DNA from: Tricharina praecox
Lineage: Eukaryota
Direction: 5' to 3'
NCBI RefSeq assembly: GCF_024521635.1
Contig: NW_026250436.1
Location: 62,001-126,000 of the forward strand
DNA length: 64,000 bases
Made by a program: the position numbers and the translations under genes
Shown here: in pieces, positions 35,818-48,900 of the stretch
Layout: each line of letters begins with the position of its first letter
Position numbering within the stretch: the first letter of the stretch is position 1
Notes under the pieces: generated by a model
What the model was told of the DNA's origin: nothing
Seen by the model: only the letters and a program-made list of their open reading frames with translations
The model's database searches: none

Positions 35818-38068
35818 CTAGCAGATGGCTGGTGTCTGCGTCGAAGTGTCGAACCTAAAAGCCCCTGATCCACGTCGGCGGTGATGATAGCCGGCGTAGT
35901 TGGCAGGGATAGGCGACGCATTCCCAGTCGACTTCTGTTGAGCGACCGAGAGCGAAGGAGGCGTGATGCTCGTACCGTTGAGAGGGCTCGCCATGTACTG
36001 GGGTGGGCTGACGGACCGCTTCTCACCGGTTGGGAGAACAATCTGAACCGACTCCTTAGGTTTCGACTCAGACTTCTTCGGAGGCTCGGGCTTGCTCAGA
36101 GGCAATTTAGTTGCCTTAGCGGAGCCAAACTGTAGACGACCGTTAGTAATCGGATGAGTAGGACGGGTTTGGAGACGAGATCAAACTTACGAAACAGTAG
36201 TTGTCGAGGAGCTCCCGATAAGATGGAGACTCGATCGAGGGCTTATCCTCGTGCGTCCAAAAGTTATCGGTGTTGAAGATCTCCGGAGGGCCAGCACCAC
36301 TGATGGACGGACTGTCCAACGGGGTGGTGGTGGACGGAAGCTCGCTGGAGAGCCTCTGCATGGGGAGGTTGAAGTACGAGTTGTCCATCCGGGGAGGAGT
36401 GGTATCGGCTTCGGCGAAGGAAACCTTGTCGGTGCGCACCAAGCCGGGTGCCGACGCGGAGCTGGTCATCTTGATCGTCTGGTTCAACGAGGCCCGGAAG
36501 TCGTATCGGTTTCCGAAAGCGTTGCCGGTCGGATTCGCTCGACGACTGGGCAGCTCGGTCTCCTGGTCGACGGTCACGGGCTTAGACTTCTTCGACCGAG
36601 GGCGATCGAGCTTGTTGACCTTGGCGAAGAATGCGTCATCCAGGAGCTCGAAGTCATCCATGTGAGGGATGGTCCGAGGACGTGACGACGGGGTGGATGG
36701 CTTCGACGACCGGGGCAGGGCTGAGGCTTGGTGGCCAGCGTGGGGGCGAGTGGGGAAGGCCTTCTTGAAGTCGACCTGGAAGTTGACGCCGCCGTTGTTG
36801 TCCCAGTGCTCCTGACCGTTCGCAACGTATCGGATGCAGAAGAAGAGGATCTTCTTCTCCAGGTTAGCCTGCTCGGCCAGCTTGATCTTGAAGATGAAGC
36901 GGTCGATGCCGTCCTCCCGTTCCCGACGCCTGACATCGCTGCTGTAGTCAGCGCTGACCTCCGATACCGTCTGCCAGTAGTCGAAAGTGAAGCGAGCCAC
37001 AACGTGCTTCTGGAAGGACAGGTTCGAGACGGCGACGGTGCCGATCAGGTTCTTCTTGTCCGTCGACAGGCACAGCTTCTCCAACCGAACGGGAAGGGCC
37101 TTCCTCGACTCGTGATCCTTGGGGAAGTTGGGCAGGCCGATCTCCCACTGGGGTTCGTCGTCATCGTAGCCGAACGGGTACTCGGATTCGCCGTCGTAGA
37201 CACCCTCGACCGGGGACGATCCGACACTGACGGCCGAAGGCTTCTCGGAATGGAGGAAGTGGCGGACGTGCTCGATGCGGGCGTCAAAGTGGACGTTCTT
37301 GGGGAAGGTAGGAGTGGCCGGGACACTGCAAGGTCGCGAACGGCTGGGGGACTTCAAGGATGACTTGACGACCTCACCGCTCTTCTTGCGGACCATGGGC
37401 GGTGCTATCCGGTAGTCGTCCTCAAAGTCACTGACGCTTCCGCTGTTGGAGCCGCTCCGGGGACGGGTTGCGGCGATATCGATGAGCATGGAGGAGGTAT
37501 CCGATCGTGATCGGTAGTGGTGCGAATGCTGGTTGCGTGCCCGGGGAGAGAGAGCTGCGGCGGCTGCTGCTGCGGTGGCTGCTGCGATCTCGACCGAAGC
37601 TGCTGTCCGTTCAGGCGAAGGGAATCGTCGCTGGGGGATCCTCATGATGGCTTCCTTCAGCTCGTCTTCTAGCTTGCCCAAATCCCTGCCACGCCTCAAA
37701 CCACCATCCTCCTCGTCGCTCGAATTCTGGGTCGAGTCGGGTGGCGACATAATCGCGCCTGCGGGCATAACCGACAGACCGTTGTCGACGGGAGGTGGCG
37801 ACTGGTGCACGCTGCCGCTCATTCGGGGATCTGTAGACGGCTGCTGTTCCTTCGTCGATGGGGACTGGGGGGTGGAGAGTAGTGGGATGGGTAGCGAGCC
37901 GGACGATGACCTGCGTTGCTTGTGAAGATATGTGGCGGAACGGGGAGGGTTTGAGGATTGGAGGAAGTTTAAGGTCGAGCGGCTTTGTGGGTCATGGTTG
38001 GAGAAGGAGGAGGACCGGCTCGAACACGGAGACGCACTAGGGGTCTGGACGGGGGGTGTGTATGGCAT
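35818..38068 (-). CDS. Protein phosphatase 1 glycogen-targeting regulatory subunit with CBM21 domain (Gac1/Gip2-like)
   Basis: Exons 36191-38068 and 35818-36129; intron 36130-36190 (GTAAGT...CTAAC...CAG). Start MPYTPP, MVRKKSGEVVKSSLK, RVxF motif KNVHF, CBM21 signature GTVAVSNLSFQKHVVARFTFDYWQT...FCIRY...WDNNGGVNF, and spliced SYRELLDNYCF|FGS. Confidence 0.93.
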
Positions 38069-38198
38069 TCGCTCGATTGTCGGGGGGTTCCGGGGCGAGT
38101 GGGTTTTTTCTTTCGAGGTGCTGGTGTTTTTTTCTTTTTTTCTTTCCTTCTTTTCCGGGCTGAGTTCTGTTGTGGTACGTAGACTCGAAACAAGAAAT

Positions 38199-38300
38199 CT
38201 AAATCGGAGCGAACAACGTTATCAGCCGCCAATTTCCGTGGGAAGGTCCGAGGGTTTTTCGAGTAATTTTTTTCTCTCGTTCTCTCGCGCGTGCACGTAC
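38199..38300 (-). other. Putative 5' UTR intron of the CBM21/PP1 subunit gene
   Basis: Minus-strand G|GTACGT donor at 38300, GCTGAT branch at 38226-38221, TAG acceptor ending at 38199, 130 nt before the ATG. Confidence 0.5.
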
Positions 38301-38865
38301 CAACTACGTAAGCGGTGGTCGATTATAGTAATCCGAAGCCGAAATCCTCGAGCACTGATTTCTTCTCGCTAGATTTCTAAGAGCCTACTATGGCGCTTGA
38401 AAACTATATCGAGGAAAAAAGAGGCGTACAGAAGAACCGAATCCCTTGAGGTCGGATTGGAGTGTGGTGGGTAGTGTGTGGGGGGAGGTAGTCGTTGGAG
38501 GAGCTGTGGATGGCGTAGACTCCTTTGGTGATGTTTGGCGAGACCTTTTCTTCGAGGTGCTCGTGCCTGTGGGGAGGAGAGAAGGTTGGAGTCGGGGGTG
38601 GGTGGTCGAGGGTAGTTATATCGCAGAGGGAAGAGAGTACCCAAAGGATTGACGGGGGGTGGAGGGAGAGGCGGACTAAGGCCTTCTGTGGGGTGGCGGG
38701 AGGGGAAGGGTTGTTGATGGAGGGAGGAGGAGGAAGATGTTTGGAGGAGAGGAGTATCTTGTATGGATTGACGGGGAGAACAAAAAGGCCGATGGGGGGG
38801 TGGGAGGAGAGAAAAGAGAAACGGGATTTACAGGGGTGGGGGGGTGGAGGAGGAGGATGAATTTT

Positions 38866-38888
38866 GGGGGGGGGGGGGGGGGGGGGGG
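38866..38888 (+). repeat. Poly-G homopolymer (23 nt) within a G-rich promoter block
   Basis: Read directly from the sequence; about 800 bp upstream of the CBM21 gene ATG. Confidence 0.95.
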
Positions 38889-39093
38889 TGGAAGGCGAGG
38901 TTGAGAGGTACTAGTGCAGGTTGGATGTATGGATGGAATGGTATTATTATTATTTTGGGGGAGGTGTGAATTGTGGATGGGGATGTGGACGTGGTGTGTG
39001 TGAGGATGTGAGTGTGGATGCAGCAGTGCAGCAGCTTGCTGCAGAGTGCAATCTTTGAAGAGTCGGTGGTGGTGGTGGGTGCGCTGCTTTCTC

Positions 39094-39102
39094 CGCTGCT
39101 GC

Positions 39103-39133
<31 letters not shown>
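39094..39133 (+). repeat. (GCT)n microsatellite
   Basis: Read directly, with one interruption. Confidence 0.9.
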
Positions 39134-39135
<2 letters not shown>

Positions 39136-41256
39136 CTGCTTCTTACCATAGCAAAGCTCCGCAGCACCAAGCAGGCGGGTACTCATTCAGACTAAACCAA
39201 GCAGAACCAGCAGCAGTAGCAGCACCAGCAGCATCATCATCATCATCATCATCAACACAAATCAACACGCAAAGTATACAGTGCGGAGTGGAAGTGCGCG
39301 GCACACACGAACGATGCTGTGTCTATCTGTCCGTTCGCCATCCACTCCTTCCCTCCTCCTCGCTCCCATCCCGTTCGTTCCCTCCCTCCCCCGTTCCGTT
39401 CGTCTGGCTGTCCGGCTTGCTCTGCTACCTACTCTAAAATGCCTGCTTGCCCGCCTACTGCCTGCCTGCCTGCTTGTTGCTTGCCTGCTTGCCTGTCTAT
39501 CCCACAGCTTCGTTCCTTGACTGCCCTTGTCGTCCTGATCCTCGCTCGTCCCACCCCCCATGCCATGCCATCATCTTCACAATGCCCCCCGCCTTCGCCT
39601 CCCCCCCTGTGCTCCTCAACCCCTACATTGCCCCCCTGCTTTTCTATTGTTACATTCAACGCTAGAGCCGAACTTATCAATCAGACCAGGAGGAGGACGA
39701 ATGCTCATGTATCACCAAAAAAAAACGTAGTTCCCACAATCGGTCTCCACGAGGAGGGCATGGCTACCACCACCGCCGTCCGTCGCCTACTTACCTGACC
39801 TAATCCAAACCCGCCGCCGCCCGCACTACCGAATACCACTCATACTCGTCCTGCGGCTTGGCTCGACTGACTTGACTTGACATGCACTTGTGGCTTCTGC
39901 TACACATGATACATACGAACGGACGATGCTCCTGCTGCTATGTACTGCTACCTACTGCTGCTGCTGCTGTTGCTGCTGCAGTAGTCGCGGTACACGTCCG
40001 GCGGGTAGTGGCTCCTGTGCACTTAGCTGATCCCGATATCGTGGACGGACAGTCTACAGAACGACACGAGTGGAGCGGCCACGAGCACGCACTCACTCTC
40101 GTTGGGACTCAGTGAGGCGGCCTAGGGAGGTACATCGTTAGCGGAGTCGAATGGTTACAGGTTGTATGTAACTACTACCGTTCAGTGGAATGGCCACGGT
40201 CGTGCGAGTGGCCCAACGGGTGCCGTGCACAGATCATCATCATCGTGTCCGAGAACCTACATACATACTGGACATACCGTAGCCACCTAGCTATCTGGCC
40301 GAGAACTCCATCCTGTCTGTGGCCATGCCGCCGCCACCGACACCTCCACGCACGTCTTTGGACACATCTACACGTACCTACCCTGAGAAATACAAGTCAG
40401 AGGCACCCGCGGTTCCAAGAATCATGGCGGCCGCTGACTCCACCACCTCGCCGTGGACACCGGATTCCGCCCATCCCCCCCCATCGCTTCCTCTCTTGCT
40501 GATTCCTACCCGTTCACCGCCCTGGCATTGCCCTCGCCGCCCAGTCATTGCCCTCACCGCTCCTTGACCGACCTTGAAAGCAATCGCTCGACAATGAACT
40601 GGCACACCTCATCCCAGCCCCCCTCGCCGCCCCCAGCAAACTTTCTTCGGTCCGTACCTCGATGAGGAGTAGAGCAGCAGCAGCAGTGGGAAGAACAGCA
40701 GTGGCCAGTTGGAAAGAAGGAACGAAAGGAAGGAAGGATTGGAAGCTGAAGAAAGAAAGAAAGAAAAAAGTGAGATGCGCGGAAAATTCCAAAAAAAATC
40801 TCAATCGGAACCGGTCTTGTCCCTGCTGCAATCGCTGGCTGGATGTACTGGATGTACTGTACCTGTCTTGGACATGGACGAGATGGATGACCAGCGGACA
40901 AAGGCACATGTATGTATAGTATGTACCGCCCGCCGCCGCCGCCGTGGTAGTCGTAGTCGTAGTCGTCAACTTCGCCATCCGACGGCCCGCAAGCAAGAAA
41001 GCAGGCCCAGCGAGAAGGGGCCAGACAGGCATGGGTGGGATATCAAGCAAATCGGCTCGCAGCTCAGCTCAGCTCGGGGGCTCATCAGCATACCGTTTGG
41101 GTAGTAGTAGTAGTTCTCAGTAGCAGTAGCAGTAGTAGTTCTCGGTAGTAGACATCCACCGGTCTACACGCACGCACACGTATGTGTATGTACAGTTCAT
41201 ACATAGAGCGGAATGTGTGCACCATCCACCAGCCACCATCCACCGTTTATTTTTCC

Positions 41257-41302
41257 TTCTTCTTCTGCTTCTTCTTCTTCTTCTTCTTCTTCTTCTTCTT
41301 TC
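41257..41302 (+). repeat. (TTC)n microsatellite
   Basis: Read directly, with one interruption. Confidence 0.9.
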
Positions 41303-44300
41303 TTTCGCCGAAGATCCCTTTTTCCACCACATTCTCTTCCCTCGTTCTTCTGCCCGCTCTCCGCTCTCCGCTCTCCGCCCTCCTCCGCCGCCGTGCCGAT
41401 GGGTTTCTTTCTGACTCCGGTTTTTTTCTTTCTTTCTTTTCTTTTTTCTTGCGTTTCTTTTCTTTTTCTTTTTTCCTTTTTCCTTTTTTGTTCCCCTTCC
41501 TGTCCTGTCCTGTCCGTCTTGAACCTGTCATCAATCAATCCCGCCCGCACGCACAATCCGCAATCGCATCTACTCTTCCTATCCGTCATTCGCCATTCAC
41601 CGCACACCCACCAACTTACCCAGCACCCACCCACCACCTTCCAGCTTCGCTTCCGCGTATGGGGCTGGCTGTGTTTGGATTTTTTAGAGTACCTGCCTGC
41701 CTGCCTGGCTCGTGTATGTATGGTATGTATCGACCAGCAGGCCAGCCAGGGCCCCGGATGCCATTTGTAGCTGGCCATGTACCTGCTCTGTTCTGGCTGG
41801 CTGCCACGCAACTCGCAACTCTCGCCAAACCCGTTGCTCAACACAACATGCCCTACTTTGTACCTACTATATGTAGAGTATCCATCCATCATCCATACAC
41901 ACCACCACCACACCGGCCGGCCGGGCGTGCTTGCGTTGCGGTGGTGGTGGTTCGAACAAGGAAAAAGCGAAAAGAAGAAGAAGGGAAAAGAAAAGAAAAA
42001 TATAATATAATACTTTGTAACGACAGGAAATAATAATGATAATGATAATGATAATCGTACCCACACCACACCACTACCATCAGCACCGCTGCCACACACA
42101 CACCCAAACCCACCCAACCCATCCACCCACTCGCGACGACTCGACTCGATACACAACCGAACTAAAATACCCCAGCAGCGATTCCTCACCCCACTTCTCA
42201 CTCCTCCCTCGCCTAGAGTACAAGGTTGCCGCACCCCCCTGTCAAACCCGTTCTGCACCTCTCTCTGTGTCTCTCTCTGTCTTTTTTTCTTCTCATTCTT
42301 TCTTTCCTTTTTCTTTCCTTTTTTTTCTCTCTCTCACACCTTGCTGTGTCTTCAGATTGGCAGGCAGGCAAGAAGGCAAGCAAGCAGAGACGAAGCACCA
42401 CCGGGGCTTGGCCCTGACTGACTGACACTCACTCACTCATGCTCTGCCTCGACTCGTCTCGACAGCACCTTCATCTGGATCCAGCGCGTCTTGCTGGTGG
42501 CCTCGCATACATAGCATACCGTACTGTACATACATGCCACATACCCAAATTATTGTTCTTTGGCATTATTGCAATGCAGAAAGTCGATGCGCTCAGAAGG
42601 GAATGAACCCTTGTAGCACCACCACCAACACCACCTACCACCACCACCACATCCACCACCACATCCACATCCACCACCGCCGCCGCACTTCCCCCATCCT
42701 CTGCTCCTCTGCTCCTCGCCATCCCTCAGCTATCCTCTTCCTCCTTCTCCTACCTCCTCCTCTCCCTAATCCGAGGACTGATTGAACCCGCCGCCTACAA
42801 ACTCCGCAGCACGAGCACTCCCCCTCCCCCCCGTATCGCATACGGTACCTACCATGCCATACCCGCCCACCTCTTCCCCATCCAGCACCTCCCGTCCCCG
42901 AACCGGTTCGCTGCGCTCGTTCGATGCGGAAGTCGTATTGCCTATCCTGACCAGCTCTTGTCTATTCTACTGCGATCTCCTCTACTGTGCTCTACTCTGC
43001 TCTCCTCTACTCTATCCCTCATCACCTCCATGAGTCCATGTAGATACCGTACTGTACAAACCCAAGCCGCCGCCCCGTCCGCCGCATGTTTTTCCACATG
43101 CTGTTCGTTCGCTGAGGCGTTGAGTCGTGTGCGACGGTGCATGCATTGCCTCGACGAAAACTGAGTCTTCTACTCTACCTATCACAGTATCGAACGCCAT
43201 GGTATGGAGTTACGCCACCCCGCCAGCGGCCAGCCAACTGGCCAACCAGCCAGCCAGGTTGCTTGGCCGATTGGTCCGCCACACTCGTCCGTTCGCTGGC
43301 GGTTATGTACCTTCCACCCTTCCACCCTTCCTTCCTTCCACCCTTCCGTTCCGGCTTCCCCAAAGTCAAAAAAAAAAGGGTTGAGTAGTATTTTGTTCTG
43401 CGCGGCGCCGGGTTGCGTGGGTTGCGTATCGCATCGCTTGGGTCGGATAGGATGGGTATGTAGCTGTGCCCTTGAAGCCCGTAGATGGATGGATGGGAAC
43501 ATGTGCGCACTGCCACTGCCACTGCGTGCAGAGTTTACTAGTATGGAGTAGTAGTTTGTAGAGTAGGCTTTTCGCCCTTCGCTTGTATTCCGGAAACTAT
43601 GCTCCATTCCGCAGAGTACTACGTATGGTAGCTTCCGTTCCGGATCCCGAGCGTGAAGCGTGAAGCGTGAAACTTTGAACTCTTGAAGAGGGAGATAAAG
43701 ATGGAGATAAAACGAAAACAAAAACCCACCCGACCCGGGAGTGCTCACTGCTGACATGCCCATCCCTATTCCCGCTTGGGACTTGCAAGGACTTGCAAGG
43801 ACAGCCAGCCAGCAGCCACTCTGAATCTTGCTCCTTCGCTCCCTCCCTTCCGGTAAGCGGTTGATTGACGGCTAGGTAGGCGACTAATTACTCTATCTGC
43901 TCTACTTTTTAACTAGGCTGTCCAGGTAGGCTGGGGTTTTTTTCTCGCTGTTTCTTTCGTATTTTCGTGGGAAGCGAGGCAGCGCGGCTTACTTGGAGAG
44001 AGCACGGGGAGTACGTACTCGGCGGTACTTGACTAATAACCTGCCGCTCGCTCGGCTGCATGGTAATCTTGAGAATCTACAGTACCGTGTTGTAGATACT
44101 GCTAGGTACTGGGACAGCCTTCGTCCCATCTTCCCTTGTCCCTTCTCCCCTTGTCGTTGTTGTAGTTGTCTTGGTCCTAGATGCTGGAGTGGAAGAGAAG
44201 AGAAGAAGAGAAGAGCCCTCTGTTCTACATACATATTCCCAGTACTAGATGCTGGATGCTGGATGCTGGATGCTGGATGCTGGACGCTGGTGCCGGTGCT

Positions 44301-45198
44301 CGGTGCTGGTTGCTGGGTACTAGATAAAAACCGTGACTGGGCAACTAACTACCGTGACTGGGTACTGGGTACTGGGTAAACCACTAGACCACTAGACCCA
44401 CTAGGCCACTCCTTTTCCTCCACCCAGACACTCAGGCTCCGAGAAACCGTTTCGAAATCGCGATCTGCTCACGCTTCGGTTGGTTTCGCCGCTCGCTAGG
44501 AGAAGGCTGCGACTCTGCGGCTCGGCGCGGCGCGGCGGAGAGTCGAGGTCGAAGTCGAAGTCGATTACGATCTCCCCCTCAGCGATAGGCATGTAAAGGA
44601 CGGTCCAGAATCTCATCTGCCTATCTTTCGATTCATCAATGTACTCTAAGTACTCTATGTACCTAAGATGTATGTAGAGGATAGCCAACAGCACAGCACA
44701 GTTGTCAATGAGGGGGTGCGTCTTGTATGTACCGTATCTCGTGTCTTGTCCTGTACGCGCAAAACTACAAAGGCGCGCGCCGCACGCCTCAATTCCCAGC
44801 GAATGTACTCTATCGCGAATCTGACTGCGAAATGTACGATGTAGTACATACCACATCTACATACGACATACATGGCAGCTCCGCTCCCTGTGACGTTGTT
44901 TGGGCGGCGCGGCGCGGGGAGGAGAGGGGAAACGCGGCGCCGCCGCACGAACGAAAAGGATCGACGTCATCGTAATACTCTAGGAATATGTATGTGTGTA
45001 TGTGTGTATGACGATGACGGAATCGATCGTGAGGTTCGTGCCGTGGCCGATTGATGCTATGTAAGTGCTAATGCGTAGCAACTATCACCTACCGGGGTGC
45101 GCACGACACGTCGACCAACACCGGGCGCAGACGGGGGGAAGGGGGAGGAGGAGCAAAGTTTCGTTTCCCCCCTCCCCCTCCCCCGTGGATTGGATTGG

Positions 45199-45243
<45 letters not shown>
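45199..45243 (+). repeat. (GATT)11 microsatellite
   Basis: Read directly from the sequence. Confidence 0.92.
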
Positions 45244-45244
<1 letters not shown>

Positions 45245-45831
45245 GGGCACTGGGCGATGTGTAGAGTACATACGGTAATGTACAAACCTAGTGTAGAGGC
45301 CGAGGGGAAGCGGAAAGGTAAAATAGAGTAGAGCGCATTCTTTACGGCTTCCATTCGTGATTCCCCAAAGAGGTGAGGAGAAGGGCGTGGGCGTAGTGAG
45401 AGGTGACGATGCGCACGCCGCACGCCGCACCGCATGTGCGTGTGCGAGTGGGAGTGGGCTGTCGCCTGGCGGATCGAACTAACTGCTACCTAGTACCTAG
45501 CGCTCGGAGGGGGTTAGCGGCGAGCGTTGGTGAAACGCACACTTCACACACATCACACACATACATCACGTACATACACGAGATAGGGAATCGAATCGAC
45601 CGCATATGTACATAGGTGAGAAGGAAGTGCTTACTTACATGGCACATCATCATATACCCTAGGGTGCCTCAGCCGCATCGCACGCTTCGGAGAAACGTGT
45701 GTGGCGATGCTCGCTAGCTCTGCTCCACGGCCCGCCATGGCTCCGCGCCGGGCTCCGGTGAGGGGGTGGACAGTGGACAGCGATGCGAGCGTCGAGCGAT
45801 CGTGGATGCTGAGTCGTATGGCTGCGATTGG

Positions 45832-45914
45832 CCGTCGGCGCAGTCACCTCGTTTCTGCGATGGTTTCGACTTTCGACCGCCGGCACAGTCGCCTCGTTTC
45901 TGCGATGGTTCGAC
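45832..45914 (+). repeat. Two-copy tandem duplication with a 45-bp period
   Basis: CCG(T/C)CGGC(G/A)CAGTC(A/G)CCTCGTTTCTGCGATGGTT(T)CGAC at 45832-45870 and 45877-45914. Confidence 0.9.
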
Positions 45915-48900
45915 GGCCGCCGCCGCCGTTCTCCGAGCGTATGTATGCGCGAGTCGCGACCCTACGGTACTTAGCGAGCTAACCACCATACCTGGTAGAG
46001 CTACGGTGCTAACAGCAGTGATCGACCGACTATGATTGGCAGCAGGCTAACGCCACCACCACCACGATAATCGATGACTTCGAATCGCCCGGCTCGCTGC
46101 GGCAACGCGAATCCAATAATGCAATCTACATACCTTCGAGACGTGTGGATATCGATGCGAGCGAGCGAGCGACAGCAGACGACACGAGCATACATAGCAG
46201 ATCCCCCGCAGGGCCCCCCGGAAGCGGTGCCAGTCTGTCTCTCCCTCTCGTAGTTACTGGATAGAGTACCATAGTACTAGAGCAGGTAGAGTACTATCCA
46301 CAGGGTGATGGCCAAGCACTCTACTCTACTCTACTTGCGCGTCCGCGCCCGCGTTCGAGTCCGATCGATCTGACAATCCCCGCTTCCCTGAGGATCACCG
46401 AGACAGCCCAGAGGTGGACGGGAAGTGAGGCGAGGTGAAGGGGGGTGGAGGGAGGTGAGGTGAGGTGATATGAGGTGAGGGCGACAGCGAGCAAAGTGCA
46501 GTCCCTTGCCTGCCTGCATAATCATCACGGCGGATGCATCCCATCCTGCTCTCTCCCCCACACAGACGCAAGCACACAGACCGCGTCCCCTTCTCCCCCG
46601 TACATGCCCGCCTCGAACGAATCGGAGCGTTCTGTTCTCCCCGCAGAACTATTTGCACTTCTCTGGGGCAAAGGGGGGGGGGAAAGCGGGGCCACCACGG
46701 CCGACATCACACTGAATGGGATCGGATGGTAGGGGTCAATGGCGTCGGCGTGTTGGAGTTGGAGTTCGAGGCTGTGTTGTTGTTGTTTTGCGGTCCAACC
46801 TCGGAAATCTCCGAGCTGAAGAATGCCCGATCGCCGTTCCCCCCCTCCCAGCCGACTCTGAGGCTTAGACGGCCTCAGCACGGACGAACGCGCGCCACAA
46901 TCTCCTCTAGAGTATCGCGCCGGGGCCACATCGAGCATCGTGCGTTGGACGCCTCGTCGTGGTGCCTCAGCCCCACTACACACATGCCTGCTCATCTGAG
47001 ACCCGAACGGATTACTCCAAACGGGCTCGGTCGGACAGCATTGAGATACGATATGTAGCATTCAGACTTCGATGAGCGATATCTACGGTATGTATGGGGA
47101 AAATCCGCGAACGTCCGAATCAGCACAAACTGCTATTTCGGTTCCCTGTCCGTCGCAGTGTCGCACACCCACCGATGATCCATAATTCTGGAACCGAAGC
47201 CACTACACTTGTCTAACGAATTGCCCCCCCCCGTCCCCCCTTCCCTTGAATCCCTTCCCTTCCCTTCCCTTCCGATCCCACGGTAAAAATAACATCTTCA
47301 CCTGAAAATCGTTATATCTAATCCGCGTATGCGTACCACTCTTGTATGTATCTCTCCTCCTTGCCGCCCCCCGTCGAACTCTACCCTCCCGCAATCTGTT
47401 TCAAACCGTAAAGTAACCCTCCACTCCCCTCTCCCCCTTCCGATCCCCCTCTTCCTCCTCCTCTTCCTCCTCCTCCTTCTGTTCCTCCTCCGCCTCTGGT
47501 TCCTTCCTCGCTCGGCTGCTCCGTCCGGATCAAGAAGAAGCTCACCATGCTCTGCTCGGATCCGCTCAGCTATACCTTACCGTTCCCCCAGGCGCCCGCA
47601 TACGCCGCCGGATACAAATCACACGAGAATACTCGGCGGCCCGTTTCTAAACTTTCCTTATCGAAAGGAAGCGCGCACCCCCCTAACCTCTCGCTTCCGG
47701 GACCATCTTCGAGTTCTCGATATCTACACTCGTTCTCTATCGCAGCCTCCCTCCTCATATCTGCCCTTTTTGCTTCTTCATTTCCCACGCATACACAGGG
47801 TGTGGCCGAAAAAAGAAAGAAAGAAAGGGAAAGAAAAAAAAAGAAGAAATTTTTTATGCAAGACGCCTCAAGAAAATCCATTTAGGCCGCGCATAGAGTA
47901 TGTTATGCCTTTGTGTGTCACGACACACCGCTTCGAGCCATACCCATCCAGCGGTGCCACTCCCCTCCCCCAGCTATCCGGTTGACACACCGTCCGATGT
48001 CTAAATCTTACAGCTTATCCTATCCTATCCCTCCATCCATCCATCCATCCTGCCTCCTCCTCCCATCACCACCCACCACGCCCCCCGTACCCTCCCCAGC
48101 CCAGTCCAGCCCACCCACCCATCCCCCACAGTGAAAGCCCGACAATTCTGGGCGGCACGCCTCATCCTGGCATGGCATGGCATGATGGGAAATGCTGTGT
48201 CCGGTCGACAAATTGCACTTTGCCCTCCCTCCTTTCTGTTGTGCGGAAGGGTTGTGGAAGTGGTGGTGGTGGTGGTGGTGGGTTGGGCATGGCAAAGGAG
48301 CGGCAAACGTTTGCCTTGGCCAAAGGCGTGGGAAGGGGGGCCCCGAAGCTGGCTGGCTGCTGCTTCATCTCACACCATCCCATCCGTTTTATGTACGGCC
48401 CGCAGAAAAGATGGGTACCGTTCTGTTTTACCATCCGTCCTCCACTGCTGCTCCTGCTGCTGCCAGTGCTCCTTTCGGAATGGATGGATGGATGATCAAC
48501 ACCAACATACCGCGCTCTACATCTAGGTACACAGGTCAAAGATATATCTCCACAACCTTGGAAGGAAGGAAAGAAGGGGCTGGTTGTCTGTAGTGTGTGT
48601 GGTGGGTGGGAAGGGTGTGCGTGGTTCGGGCAGATGGGTGTGTGTATCATCAAGGGAATTCGAGGTTTTGGGCCGGCCATACAATTTGCTGCAGCAGCAA
48701 AAGTGGAGTGCTTCGAGTTCGAGATGCATATACATGGATACACACACATGTCCTGTCACCACACTCTTGCGCACACACACAGAGACAGTCGCACAGAGAC
48801 ACCCCTCACCCTCCGCCGGCCCTGGCTTCGACGAGGCCGAACGAAGGGAACTGATAAGAAGTATCCTTTCTATCCGGCTCAAACACATGATCGCGGGGGA

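Noticed and set aside
39788..39797. TACTTACCTG resembling the 5' end of U1 snRNA
   Set aside because: The downstream sequence lacks U1 stem-loops and an Sm site; it is better explained as a minus-strand splice donor.
41182..42258. Overlapping 283-aa (+) and 353-aa (-) ORFs
   Set aside because: These are translations of TTC/TTTC microsatellites (poly-F, poly-E/K), open on both strands because of low complexity.
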